Assembly: GCF_009914755.1 (NCBI RefSeq)
Contig: NC_060925.1
DNA: 64,000 nucleotides
From: the human T2T-CHM13v2.0 reference genome, Homo sapiens
Reading direction: 5' to 3' (one strand)
The translations under genes and the position numbers were made by a program. Positions 48,504 through 62,424 of the stretch are shown piece by piece. Under the pieces are notes generated by a model, which worked only from the letters and a program-made list of their open reading frames with translations, was not told where the DNA came from and searched no databases. Position 1 is the stretch's first letter, and each line of letters starts with the position of its first letter.

Positions 48504-51500
48504 TTGGGTAGGCACCCCCCGGAGCAACGGCAGAGTGTTGAGAGCCTGGAGTATTTGGTTGCAGAGAGGAGATGAGGCTGGAGGAAAGGCAGGCTGGATC
48601 ACCATTGGCCTTGAACACCATGCTAAGTTTGGGATTGATAAAAGCCTTAAAGAGAAATATAAAGTCTCTAAGAGAGGATATTCCCTGGCCATGGGAATGG
48701 CCTGGAGGAGGAGAGAATGAATCCAGGCCCAGGCTCATGTTCTAGAACAGCGATTTGAGATGCCTTCTGGGCATAGGCTCCACAGGCCTCAGTGGCCATT
48801 TGGATGGGGCAGGGGTCAGAACGAAGGAGAAACCAAGATCCAGAAGTTTCAACTTGGCTCTAGTGGCACCACCCCCGAGCTTGGGGGGAAGTGATGGAGG
48901 ACTCTAGTCTTTAAGCATTGAGTATGAGATGCCCATGAGGAAGACATGAAGAAACGTCCTTGTGTCAGAAATCAGTGGGACTGAGAAGGGGATATGTAGA
49001 TTTGGGAGGAGGATGACCCCACAAGACAGAAGAGGGTAGTGCCGACGGCAGAGACCTGGGTGGCACCCAAATTCAAGGGTGGGCAGAACAAATGGCACCC
49101 CAAACCCTGCCCTCAAAAAGAGAAAGGTCAGAGAAGCAGGAAACTGGGAGAGAACTGTGGCTTAGCCAAGAGGAGAGGGTTTAGAGGAGGAGGGGCCCAT
49201 GGCTGGACATCCCAGAGAGCTTGAGGAAGACGGCTGCTGAGGACCCAGGACTTGAAAGAGGGCAGTCCTGGTTCAACGACCTGGAACCTGTGGCTCCTCT
49301 GCTCGTTGAAGGCCAGGACCGAGGCTTGTCCAGGTTTGAGGTTCCCAGAGGGTCCAGCCAGGGACAGGCCTATGGCAGCTGTCTATCACTGTGGACCTCC
49401 CCAAGCCTGAGGTAGACCTGCCGGGCTCTGGGTCCAGCTCCTCCTGCGGTGTCAGAGCCCACCCCACCCACTGTCCTCTCCCACAGCTTCCCAGCAGTGT
49501 CATTGCCTCCCTCTCCTAGCCCCTTCCACCACCACAGACACAAGCCCAGCTCTCTTCCCACCACAAATCAACCAGCCCCAAGCCTCCCTGGGCCCAAATC
49601 CCGGGCCAGCTTTGCTGTCCCTCTTTCCTGCACAGCCCGGATCTGGAGAGGGCTGTCCACACCTCCTCCCCACTCTATGCTTTTGAGCCGCTGCAGCCCA
49701 GCTCTGATGACCAACTGTTCTTGCCAAGGTCACAGCTTGCTCCATTGAAAGTCCATTTGCCTCATCCTGTCCGCCCTCTTGCTGGCCTTCTGGAGGCACC
49801 TCATTCCCTCCTGCTTGTGTCTCCTTTGCAAGCTCCTTTTTTGCCCACCCTTTCCCATGCCGACATGGCCCCTGCCAGCCTCCGACCTGCACTCTTCTCA
49901 CCACACACCTTCCCCAGGTGACCCTCCACCTGGGTGCTGATGGCCCCCAGCCACTTCTCTCTCGAGTTCCGATGCCTTTGCTATACATCTAACTGCCTTA
50001 GTATCACCTCTGGTGGTTTTCAGGCACCTCATACCTTGCGTGCCCAGAACCAGCCTTCCAAGTCCCTCTACCTGCAGTGTCTGCTCCTGGGTCCCCGTCT
50101 CTCTCAGCAAGCAGCACCTGCACTCGTGTGGCTGGCCAGCCCACAGGCTGGGCTTCATCCTTGATGGCTCCATTTCCTTCATGCTCCATAATCAATCCAC
50201 CACCACAACCATCAATGCTACATGCAATGCATGCTCCAAGGGTGCCACCTCTCTGTCCCCACCAGCCCTGGCCACCACCCTCTCTCCTATACCACTGCCT
50301 CCTTTCTTCACAAAACAGCCAGTAGGAGCTGTCCCCAAATCCATCCAGGCTTACCACTCCTTCCAGCCTAGAGGTCCCACTTCATGCTTCTCCCACTACC
50401 ATCGGAGCGAAGCCCTGCATTCCTTGGCAGGAAAGGCCCAGGGCACCATCTGCCCTTGCCACCTCCCCAGCTCATCTCCCTCCAATTCCCACTGATCCCC
50501 CCATTTCCTGCTGCACTCCCCCTCCAGCCATGCCAAAGGTCACCTGGAGCCTTGCATCCCTGCCCCAGCACCACCCCCTCTCCTGTAAGACCAGCTCCTC
50601 CACTCTACCAGAAATTTGCACCAAGGTCCTGTCCTTCGGAGGCCTGTCCCACACCCCTCCTCTGGACCTGGGGATCTCACCCACTTCTGCTCCAGGGCAC
50701 TTGTCAGACTGTGTGTACTGCAATGGCCTTTTCACAAGCACAGCCCCCATCATCCCTGCGCGGGTGAGGACCACATCTACCTCATTTGTCAGGACATCCC
50801 CAGCAGGTGCCCAATACATATTCATTAGCTGCACATCAGAGAGACCAGCGAGGCCTTCTTTCCTGGGGCCTGTGATCCTCAGATTCTAGCCTTGACTTTC
50901 CCACTCCAGGAGTTCCTGAGCACAAGTTTAACTCAATGCTGGGCTCCCAAAGGAGGCGGGACACAGGCAGTGCCTCAGAACCTTGATGGGCGCATACGCT
51001 GCCCACCTTCTGAGAGGAGTGACTCTGCTCAGAGCGGGAGAGGTGGGCAGGACACTTGGGTCTTGGTTCTGCTCTTGTTGGAACTCGCCAGGTGACCTTG
51101 GGCAAGTCACTTTCTTTCCTTCGGAAATAGTCCTCATAACCTGAGACACGGCAGAGCACCGTCACATGGCGGGCATCACTCGATCCTCCCATCAACCATT
51201 TTACCATCGTCCCCATTGTATAGAAAAGGGAACCAAGGCCCAGTGGGTTCATTGACATGGCCAAGACCACCCAGCCAGCAATTTTACCACGCAGCACCCT
51301 GTTCCCGCACATCATCTAAACACTTTTAGATGATGCCGACCAAGGTTTTGTTAGCATCTTCCCTCTCCCAGGGACCTGTTACACTGCAGACAAATAAGAA
51401 TGGCATCACTCCCCGCCCAGCCCTTCCAGCCAGCGCTGGGGTGGAACCCCAGGTGTTGACAGCTGTAGAGAAATGCCGGGGAAGAGCCAGGGTGGGAAAC

Positions 51501-52874
51501 CGGAACACCATGATGGGGGTCCCTGGGGATATAGTCCTGCTTGCCTGGTCTGCTGGCCTCTTCCCTCCTCCACCCAAGGCAGCCCTTTGGAGGCCTACGC
51601 CACAGGCTGCCCTTTATCAGGGGAGCAAGTGACCAACTTCCCTGCCTGTTCTGAGGCTGCAAGACGGTCCACTGCTGGTGGGTCTGGCAGGGCTGACTTA
51701 TGGAGTAATTTCTCCCAGTGTCTGGAAGCAGCTTTCTGCCCATGCCTGGGGTCAGGGCAGGACAGAGGCTATGGGGAGGGGTATAGCGAGACCAGGGTCT
51801 TCATGGATGGATCTTTTCATTCTTATGCTGTGGCTCTAAGACTCATGGACTCAAAGGAAAAGAAAAAGATCCTTAAACAACCCCTTGATCAGGAGGGTCT
51901 TACAATCTTCACTGAATACAGAAGGAAGCAGAAACAGAGAGGTTGAGTGTCTTGCCCAAAGTCACAAGGCAGCTCAAAAGTGGTGACGCAAGGACTGGAC
52001 CCCAGATCTGACTTGTGTGCCCTGAAGAGCAGCACAGTATGATCTAGTGTGATGTCCTCTCCTGCCCCCGGCAACTTCTCCTGCAATCCCCATGGCTGGT
52101 GATACTGAGCTGCCTGTGAACCATCAGCACATGATATCTTGGGTTGTAGCAGACCCACAGCTTCTGCTAAGCACAAAGGAACTCGGCACAGAGCCCCCAA
52201 AGGACGTGACACGTTCCTCTGCTCAAGATGTCAAAGAGGGGTTGTGGTGGAAATTGCATGGCATTTCAGGCAAGGTGATGGAGGAGGTTGTTGTTCCCGG
52301 ACTCTGAATATAACAAAAGATGGAAAGAAGCTGCTCTGCCATGCAGTGGGCTCCCCGTCACTAGCACTGTCCACCTAGAGACCAGATGAATAGGCTATGA
52401 GGTCTTCTAGTAGTAGGTAGTAGGTAGAATAGCATTATTCTACTACTCCTAGCTAGTGGGAGGGAATTCATGACGTCTACGTGCTCAGGACACGTCCAGC
52501 ACACCGACAGAGCGGCTTTGGGTGGATTAGCTTGTGTATGAGTGTCATAACATTGTAAAGTGGATATATTTAGTTCACTTGGATATATTTAGTTTAGCAT
52601 ATTTGTTCCAGTAAATATAAGTGGCTATATTTACTCCTAAGACCAAATGGAGGCTCAGGGCACTAGAGGGGGATGGGCTGGCAACATGATCAAGCAAAGC
52701 AGGGGAGGCGTAGGAGGGGACGCGGTGGGGACTGTGGTGACCTGGGAGGCAGGGCATATCCCTCTCTGAAGGGGCAGTGGCTATTCCTGTCCTGCCAAAT
52801 GTCACATGAAGTTGTTACATCTTCCAGTTTTTTCAATGAAACCACAGATTCAGATTTTTAAAAAAAAACTAAAA

Positions 52875-53105
52875 ATATTAGCAAACTCTTACACTGGGTG
52901 CCAAGCACGATTTTAAATGCTTTACATGCATTACCTCATTAAATCACATGACAGCCCTATGTGATGGGGCTGTCATGATTCCCATTTACACAGGAGAAAA
53001 CAGTCCCAGAGAGGTTAAATAACCTGCCCAAGGTCACACAGCCAGTTAATGGAGTCAGAATTTGAACTCAGGTCACCTGGCTACAAGGTTCATGTGCTTA
53101 ACTGC
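52875..53105 (-). mobile_element. MIR SINE
   Basis: GCTTTACATGCATTACCTCATTAAATC...CCCATTTACACAGGAGAAAAC...GAGAGGTTAAATAACCTGCCCAAGGTCACACAGC...TTTGAACTCAGG. Confidence 0.8.
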
Positions 53106-56100
53106 TGTGCAATTCTGTTTTTTAAAAAACACTGTGTAAGTCAAATAAAATACAAGAGGCGGATCCAGCCTGGAGCTAAACTTCTGGCTCAAAGTAATTT
53201 CCCCAAGGTCATATAGCTAGTCAATAGGGGCATGTCTGACCTTCAAGCCCGTGACTTTTCTCTCCACCAAGCTGCATTATTTTCTGAAATGAAGGGATGA
53301 ACTCAATGGCCTCCAAGTTACCTTCTTAATCTGAGATTCTATGTATTAAGCTATTCTGCATTTATATTATGACTTTTCCACCTATTATTCATATTTAATT
53401 AGAAAACTCTTGCATCTCTTCCAAGTCTGGATATTTTAAAGGTTTGCTGCATTTCTGATTTTATTATGATCTGGTTGCCAAATATGCTTTCCTCCCAGGG
53501 GGCACACTTCTTGGGTGTAGTCAGTCATGCAAAGCAAGAGGAAGATGTGACGAGCAATGCACACACTGTTGCTCTGAGACCCACTTTGGCGGGCAGCCTG
53601 TGTCCGTGAAGTGAGGCTCAGGGCCAGTTCCCAGAGGTCTGGTACCCTGGGAGGTCCAGCCATGGTGAGCTGGCTGGCTTGTCCGCAGTGACACGCTGCT
53701 CTTCGAGTGAAACTCACAGAAGAATGGATGTCTGTGGAAAGAGAGGAAAGTGCCAGGTGGTACAGCCTGCTGAGCTGTGTCTCTCTTAAAAATATTCAGT
53801 GGCCAAGAGGTAGTAGACACATCCCCTGGTGGAAAGTAAACTGGGGAGGCCATGTGGGTCATGGGGAAAGTTCACACTGGTTTCTGGGTACACCCCAGAT
53901 TCTCCTTTTGTTGGGGTTCTGCAGAAACTACATCATGTCATAACGCTCAGGCTGGGGGCCATTAGGTGCACCCTCAGGGACAGGCCACTGTGCCAGGAAT
54001 TCCACGGCACGCAGGCACAGAGCCCACCAGCACAGTCTCTGTTCTAAACAGCGACGTGAGCTGCAAGCATGTGAATTTACTCAACAGTATTTCCTAAGGT
54101 CTGGTCTGAGCCTGGCGCTGGGCCAGGGCCAGAAATATAAAGCTAAATAAAACCCTGACCTTGGTCTCAAGTGTGACTAACAGGCACTTAAAAGATCGTA
54201 AAGCAAAGAGATGGAAACAGTAATACAGACAATGAGCAAAGTGCTACGGATGATGAGAGGAGGAACCAGTGGGGGTGGGTGTCAGGTGGCTTCTGCAGAA
54301 GAAACACCTTTGTCTGAGACTTTTTGGGTGCACAGGGTCAGACCTGAGACTCCTGTTTTATGAGTCTCCGCCTGAGTGCAGTGTGGAGGATGGTGTGGGT
54401 GGGGAGGTCTGGAGGCCAGGAGAGGCTATTGTGACTGTAGAGAGCCCAGCTGGACAGAGGCGAGGGCAAGAGGAAAGAGGACCTAGATATGAGACAGTTC
54501 AGCAGTGGCCCGACAGAAATAAGAGGGGAGAGTGGGTCAAGGATGCCTTCTTATACACCTTCCAGAAGGATTCTTGCTGATGAGGCAAGCTCTTGTCATT
54601 TTGCAGGCTTGCTACCTACAGTGGCATTTTCACCATTTCCTGGGTTTTACTATTGTGATTTTTTTAATACTAGGAAAACATCAGCTCCCAGTGGCAGCAG
54701 CTGGGAAGATGGCAGCAGCTCAGGGGTCTAATGCCCAGCACAGCTCTAAGAATAGCAAACGCCTTTATTCTACAGAATTGGATATGATAGGTGGAGGTCC
54801 TGTGGAGTGACTTCTGGGTGACGAAGAGCAGAGGCCTAAGAGCCAGCAAGCAGGCACCAAGCCTGGGCTGAAGCCAGCTTGGGTCTGTCAAACACAGCCG
54901 ATACCCCATTTCTGACCAGATAGTGGGGTTAGGGAGGCAGGCAGGAACCCAGAAGCTGGGTTGAAATGAAATGAAACTGTCAGAGGAGTGGATGCCTTCA
55001 CTGCGAACATTAGGTGGAGTTGCTCCAGCCATGAGCAGCCCTGGCCTGCAGGGTTCTAGAACAGTGACTTCCAATCTGTGCTCCGGATTCATGGGGCATG
55101 GGGGTGGGGAAGCCGAGCAGTGGGGCCCTGGGTCCTCCTCCCCCACCCACAGCAGCTCTGGATTGCGTTGGTTTTCAGAGTGAGTATGTATGTAAACTGA
55201 ACTTTGTAAAAAGGAGTTATGTGAATGTAAAAACAATTTGAAAATTACTGTTAGAGAACATTCATGCTTGGAAGTTCCTTAAAACCTCTGATGCAGAGAA
55301 GCCTGCTGCATCCTTGGATTAGGCCATTTTCAGGTGGATCCCGTCCACACCCTCCCACAGGTGCATATTCCTCCGGCACCAGGGGACTCACAGTTTCCCA
55401 GCAGCTCCTGCGACTTCTGGGCAGCTCTCTCACTATTAAGCTGAAGTTGTCAACCTGTGCTCACACCCATGCTCTGAGCTCTGGGCAGTCCAGCTCCTCC
55501 TTCACACAAGTCTCCAAAAGCCATGATGCTGCTCGAGACTTCTTTCCTCCAGTCTCAGCATTTCCATGTCCTCAAACAATTCCACATGTGAGAAATTCTC
55601 CCCAAACTGTCCATCTTCTCCCAGAATGGCCCAGAGCACAGAAGCCCTCAGGTGGGGCTGGACCTAGCCCAGGCCGATGCAGGACCATGGTCTCCTCTTT
55701 CCACTATTCCAGCCTCACTCCCTTATGTCCCAGACCCAGAATGGGGAAGTCACTAACTAGACCCTGAAGAGGCGGGAGCCTGTCTGGTGCTCCACACCAC
55801 ACAAATGGCCAGAGCTGGGAGGGCTGAGGCCTCCCCAGACCACCTGACCTCACAGTGACCAGGCCCTCGCTATGTGCCACACGCTTTCCGTAGGATATCT
55901 CCTTTCTTCTTGGTTAACATTTATGAACACTTCTTCTTCTCATTATTATTTTTGCTAAAAACCGCTAAAAAAAGTCAACCAGGGTCATAGGTGAAACCTT
56001 TCATCACATAAAAATAAACAGCTACAATTTGTTAAGTGCTGACTCTGTAGTAGGCACTTTTTACAGAAATTATATCGTAGAAACCTTGGTACAATTCTAT

Positions 56101-57849
56101 GATGACAGTGCTGAGTACGAATAGCAGGTATTGAGGCAGAAAGGCCAGTTGGAGACTGGCTTAGAAAAGCCTCAGTGCCCGGCTCTAAAATTCAGCCAGC
56201 GTCTTACAGGTGGTGAAGGAGAGGAAAGGAAAGGTGTACTGTCAGAGGTGGGACCTGCGGAGCTGCAGCTGGAAGCCCCCCATTGGGGCTGTGCGGGGCA
56301 GCAGCCAGAGAGGACACTGACCAAGGCTCTCTCTAGTAGCAGCTGACACTATGCGTACACCAGGTGCCTGGCCAACGCTGGGCTACTACAACCTGAGACC
56401 TCGGTGTTCCTGGCTGCACAGAAACACACATATGCTGAGGTACACATTAGGTAAGAAAAGGCTGTGAACAGTTTTAAATCCTGCAATGAGCTCAAGGCGT
56501 CAGCACCATGAAGGCCGTGAAACAGTTTTTGATCTATCTGAATGGGGCAAGGTAGCCAGGGCTCATGAAGGCAGTTGGTTGGCATCTCTTGCAGCTGTCC
56601 TTACAGATTAAACCTGAAGAACACTGGGTTGGGGCGTGGGGGAGGATACATGCTCAGACCCCAGAGTTACTCCAATCTGGAAAGGAGACGGATAGAGAAG
56701 GCATTCTAATTTCTGCATGACAACAGGCACCTTCTTACCCCATACCCCAAGCAGATCTGTTCCCCACCAGTTAAGATTACAGGAGAAACAGGGACCAAGG
56801 AAAACCTGTCTTTGGACACCTCAGGTCATATCTGTGACCACTGTCTCAGCCTCCTGGGAGGTAGCTCAGCCAAAAGGCAGAACCAGGCATGGAGGAAGAT
56901 CCGGGCTCCCTTTAAGAAAGAGTTTTCTGACCCCAGGGCTACAAACTTGGAAAAAAGCAAGCCTGAATGGTAGTGAGCTCCCCAACAGGTCTAGTATTCA
57001 AGCCCAGATTAAATGACAATGTAAGTCTGGGGCAAAATAGATTCTAATGGTAGGAGCTGGGCTGGACTCCAGGTCCAGTGGGTTTAGCTGGACTCTAAAT
57101 GGACACTGCAACCACACTGGTGCTCCAGACATAAACAGCCAGTAGGTGAGTGGGTGGGAAAACAGGAAGGAAGGGAGGGTGTGGTCACGGCTCAGAGGAC
57201 TGAGGTGGCCTGTCTGATTAGGACGCTGCGAGTGCAGTGGTTAGGCATGGGGTGTTGATGCATCAGACTGCCGAGTTCAAATCCTGCCTCCTCCGACCAG
57301 CTGTGTGATCCTGAGCAAGCACCCGCCCATGGAGGGTGTGCTGATGCTGCCCAGAGGAGACCAGCTATGGCTGTGGCTGTGGGATGGTTTTACTATTACA
57401 CCTCCCAGCTGTTATTCTCAGACTGAGCCACCTCTTCCAATGAAAGCCCTATTTCTCTAATCCACTCTATGGAAATGTGACTTTCCCAACTCAAAGTGGG
57501 TTTTCCTTGCAGCGAGCTATTTAGGGATGCCTGTTGTGAGCCCTTTTGTGGAAGGAAGAATCCCTTTGTGAGCCCCATGGCTGCCCTCCAGTGACTGGTG
57601 AGTCTGTGTGTTGTGGCCGTGACAGGCTGTCCACATCGCCTCCCTCCTGAATCCCCACAGCAGATCTGCAGGCCTCTCAGCAGATCACCCTGCCTGGAAT
57701 GCTCTCCTTCCCTCTTTCTGATGAAGCTCCAGTTCTCCCCTGAGCTCAGATCCAACCCCAGCTTCTCAGAAGCTTCCCCTGACCCTGAGATGGGTCATGC
57801 TCTCCAGGTCCACCTTTTCTATGGGCAGTAGAAAACAGAGCTGGGCTTA

Positions 57850-57965
57850 CCAGACAGAACTCCTGAGGCGGAAACCAGCCTCTGTCCCTTATTAGCTGTG
57901 TGACCTTGGGCAGGTTACTTAACCTCTCTGTGCCTCAGTTTCTTCATCTGTAAAATAGGGATAAT
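57850..57965 (+). mobile_element. MIR SINE core
   Basis: TTAGCTGTGTGACCTTGGGCAGGTTACTTAACCTCTCTGTGCCTCAGTTTCTTCATCTGTAAAATAGGGATAAT, near consensus. Confidence 0.88.
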
Positions 57966-58370
57966 GTCCTATTTCTTGACCTGTGGGTAACTGGGCACAA
58001 TTCCATAGGTATGTTCACTCTGTAATAACTCATGGTTGTATACTTATGACTTGGATTGTTTTTTGTATGTATGATCTGTTTCAATTAGAAAATTACTACA
58101 AAATAATAGCATATGCTCCAAGAGGTGTTGCACATTTTACTTAGTTAATATAGGTTATGTGCTTGGAAGAGTGCCTAGCACCGAGTGGGGCTCAATCAGT
58201 ATTTGCTGTATCTGGCACTCTGCCTTGATAGCACTCATTACAGTCAGATTCATTCTTCAATAGTGGAAGGAAAACCAAGTGCCCCAGATTTCAATAGGTT
58301 CAGAAGCCTGGAGATGTCTCCCTCACCCACCTCAAAAGCGAAGCTAATGGTTTCGTGCTAAGAGGCTGGC

Positions 58371-58965
58371 TCAACTGTCTAGCCCTGGCAATATTGGGAC
58401 CAGTTGATGGAGTAAGAAGTCACGATGGAGTCTCTCTACCATCTCCTCCTTCTCTCCAGCCATGGCCAGGTTTGCGGAGGAATCCATAACATGCTGATGG
58501 GGATACAGAAGCCCTTGGAAGCTCTCCAAGATCACAGCCAAGGGGACCATGAACTTCCCAGGACCCCCCGGCTGGAGGATGATGGAAATGACCACACTCA
58601 TGCCAGGATGGGGTCCGAGGCGCAGGAAGCTCCTCACAGAGAAGATTCCTTTGTGCCCATCTCTCCTGATGAGAGTCTTGTCCCCAGGAAGGTCAATATT
58701 CCGATGAAGTAGAAGAGGAGCAGCATGAGGAAGAGGAAGATGATGAAGGTGACGAGGATGTAGAGGAAAGAGAGGATGCAGACAGAAACATCGTCACAGA
58801 GCCACAGTATCCTGCAGAGGCAGAGGCAGTGCAAGGGGATGATGGCAGGGAACAAATTCCAGGGATGAAGACAGAGCCGCCAACATGGAATGTGAAGCAT
58901 TTCAGCTTCCAAACTTTGACACTGAATACAGTGCTGAAGAGCAGGCTTCAGTTCCTCCTATGACA
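58371..58965. pseudogene. Possible decayed coding sequence, parent and strand unresolved
   Basis: Triplet-periodic non-TE-like sequence; in-register open frames on both strands joined by an apparent frameshift near 58700. Confidence 0.35.
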
Positions 58966-60728
58966 CATGATCCGTATGACACGGAGCTTGAACCACTCTT
59001 CCACTTTTAAAATGGCTATCAGTGGGATGCAGGATCATGGTCCAGATTAACAATACGCAGGGGGCAATAAAAGCCTCAGGAAAGTTAACCTAACTGTTAG
59101 GTTTCTATCGGGATAACGGAGGCGCAAAATGGGTGACATGTTTAGAAGAAACTCCAAGATGAAGAATAAAGGGGTTTGCTTATCTGCACTTGACAAACAT
59201 GAAGCAGGAATCCCTTGGTGAGATGGTAGGCTGGACCATGCGCACTATAGATCTGTAAGTAGCCCCTCACCTACCCGCTGCCTTAAATGTCTGACCACTC
59301 AAAGTGGGGGCCAAATTAGTGTCCTCACCAGCAGAAAGTGGGGTCGAGGAGTCAAGGCACAGCCACGAGCTGGCGTGATTCAGCTCCTGCTCCTGCCTGC
59401 TGATCCTGTCTCATCTTCCCTTCAGTTCAAAGTACTTAATGGTTTGGGCAGTTCTTAGCATGACAGATGGACAGATGGTTTTCACGGAGGTAGGCAAGGT
59501 GAAAAATGTGGTTCTGAAAAGCTTCCAGAGCTTGTATGTAAAGATCAGACTGTGAGAGTTGTCACTGCTGGCCCGGCTATCCCTCAGGAAAGCCATTTCT
59601 ATGAAAACTTGTCAGAGATTAAAGGAGGTGGTAACCAGTTAGCAGAGAACACTTTGTCTCTTCCCAGTCACATGTGGGTAACTGGCTGTGTAACCTAGGC
59701 CCAGGCCCTTGCCCTCTCTGGTCTCCAGCCACCTCACTGACTCTACAAGGCCTCATAGCTCCAGGGGGTGAGCATAGACCCCTCAACACCTGGGGGCTCC
59801 TTATTTAGGTCCTTCCTGGTGTATCCATATTGAGACTGGGGCTAGACCCTCTTGAGAGCTGCACAGTGAACCTGACCACAACCCAGATGCTGGAAACGAG
59901 AAAGCAAGATCAGAATAGGGAAATGAGGTGGAGGCTGCTATAGACGTGGCTCTTTGGTCTCCTCCAATGTAAGCGCAGGGGAAGTGGAGATGCTTCTTCG
60001 CCGTGTTGAAAGTTTTTCGTTGACTGGGATCAGCACCTCCTACAATGGTCCAATCTCCTGCTCAGTCTTTGTCATGCTGTTCTCCTCAGGCCTTCATATC
60101 TTGGAGCTGGTGGCCTTGCTGTTGTTCATTCCAGTCATAAGGGCTCCTCCTGGTGCTGCAAGCCATAAAGGATTTTACAGGTCCTGACACAGCCACCAAA
60201 GGGTCGTCTTTATCTTCTGTTGGAGTAGGAAGCAACACCTTTATTGATCAGAGCACCATGCCACCTTTATGATCAAGATGAAGAGGAACGTCTCTCCAGC
60301 CCCAAGGTATGCCTGTACCTCGTGGCTAACTGGACCCCACACTGCTCAGCCATTTTCTGCATGGGATAGACAGCAGCAGCCGCAAGAACACAAACGAACA
60401 TCTGTGATCCTCTAGCACTACAGTGCATTCTCCTCACTCCAGGACCTCCTCATCCTTACTAGAAACCAGTGAGGGGGGTTATGTCAGTCCTCTTTTTCAA
60501 GTGAGGAAATGGAGGTTCAGAGAGGTAAAGTCACTTGCCTGAGGTCACACAACCAGTGGGCAGGAAAAGAAGGGCACCAATCCCCCCTCTTTGAATTGAT
60601 TAAACACCCTCTGGCTCTCATGGTTGAAGATGTTGCTAGTGAGAGAACTATTCTCTAGGGCATGGAATAACTGGACAGGGAGGGGGATGTCTCTCCACAG
60701 CAAACCCTCACCATAGGCCCCAGTGAAG

Positions 60729-62424
60729 CACCACGACCACCTCTACCACCATCACTACCATCACCACCACCATCACCACCACCACTATCATCGCTACTAC
60801 CATCACCACCACCACTACCACCACTACTACCACCACCACCACCTCTACCACCACTGCTACCATCACCACCACCACCACTACCACCTCTACCACCACTGCT
60901 ACCATCACCACCACTACCACCACCATCACCACCACTACCACTACCTCTACCTCCACTGCTACCATCACCACCACCACTACCACCTCTACCACCACCATCA
61001 CCACCACCACTACCACCACCACCACCACCACCACCACCACTACCACCTCTACCACCTCTACCACCACCACCACCACTACCACCTCTACCACCACCATCAT
61101 CACCACCACCACCATCACCTCTACCACCACCATCACCACCACCACCACCATCACCACCATCATCACCACCACCACCATCACCTCTACCACCACCATCACC
61201 ACCACCACCACCATCACCACCATCATCACCACCACCACTACCACCTCTACCACCACCATCACCACCACCACTATCACCACCTCTACCACCACCATCACCA
61301 CCACCACCACCATCACCTCTACCACCACCATCACCACCACCACCACCATCACCACCATCACCACCACCACCACCATCACCACCTCTACCACCACCATCAC
61401 CACCACCACTATCACCACCTCTACCACCACCATCACCACCACCACCACCACCTCTACCACCACCATCACCACCACCACCACCACCACCTCTACCACCACC
61501 ATCACTACTACCACCACCACCATCACCACCTCTACCACCATCGCTACCATCACCACCACCACCACTATCACCGCCACCACCATCGCTACCATCACCACCA
61601 CCACCACTACCACCACCACCACCACCAATACCACTACCACCACCATCACTACCACCACCACCACCATCACCACCTCTACCATCGCTACCATCACCACCAC
61701 CACCACTACCATCATCACCACTACCACCATCACCACCAACACCACCTCTACCACCATCGCTACCATTACCACCATCACCAACACCACCACCACCACTATC
61801 GCCACCACCACCATCGCTACCATCACCACCACCACCAATACCACTACCACCACTACCACCACCATCACTACCACCACCACCATCACCACCTCTACCACCA
61901 TCGCTACCATCGCCACCATCACCACTATCACCACCACCATCATCGCCACCATCACCACCACCACCACTACCACCACCACCACCAATACCACTACCACCAA
62001 TACCACCACCATCGCTACAATCACCACCACCACCACCTCTACCACCATTGCTACCATCACCACCACCACCAACACCACTACCACCAGCATCACCACCACT
62101 ACCACCATCGCTACCATCACCACCACTACCATCACCACCACCACCATCACCATCACTACCATCACCACCACCACCACCATCACCATCACCACCACCACCA
62201 CCATCACCACCACTACCATCACCACCACCATCACCACCATCACCACCACTACCACCCCTGCCACAGCCACCACCACCACCATCACCACCATCACCACCAC
62301 CACCACCACCACCAATACCACTACCATCACCACCATCACCACTGCCACCACCACCACTACCATCACCACCACCACCACCACCACCATCACCACCATCACC
62401 ACCACCACCACCACCACTACCATC
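60729..62424. repeat. ~1.7-kb degenerate trinucleotide array (CAC/CAT/TAC)n = (GGT/GAT)n on the HIVEP3 sense strand
   Basis: About 565 triplets with phase kept throughout (poly-His, poly-Gly and poly-Val ORFs run end to end). Confidence 0.97.

Noticed and set aside
47140-48738. 532/498/380-aa ORFs
   Set aside because: Translation of the 16-bp VNTR in all frames.
58371-59640. Endogenous viral element (bornavirus N or filovirus NP-like) as the source of the relic
   Set aside because: Compared from memory with those nucleoproteins and found no convincing motif match; left unassigned.
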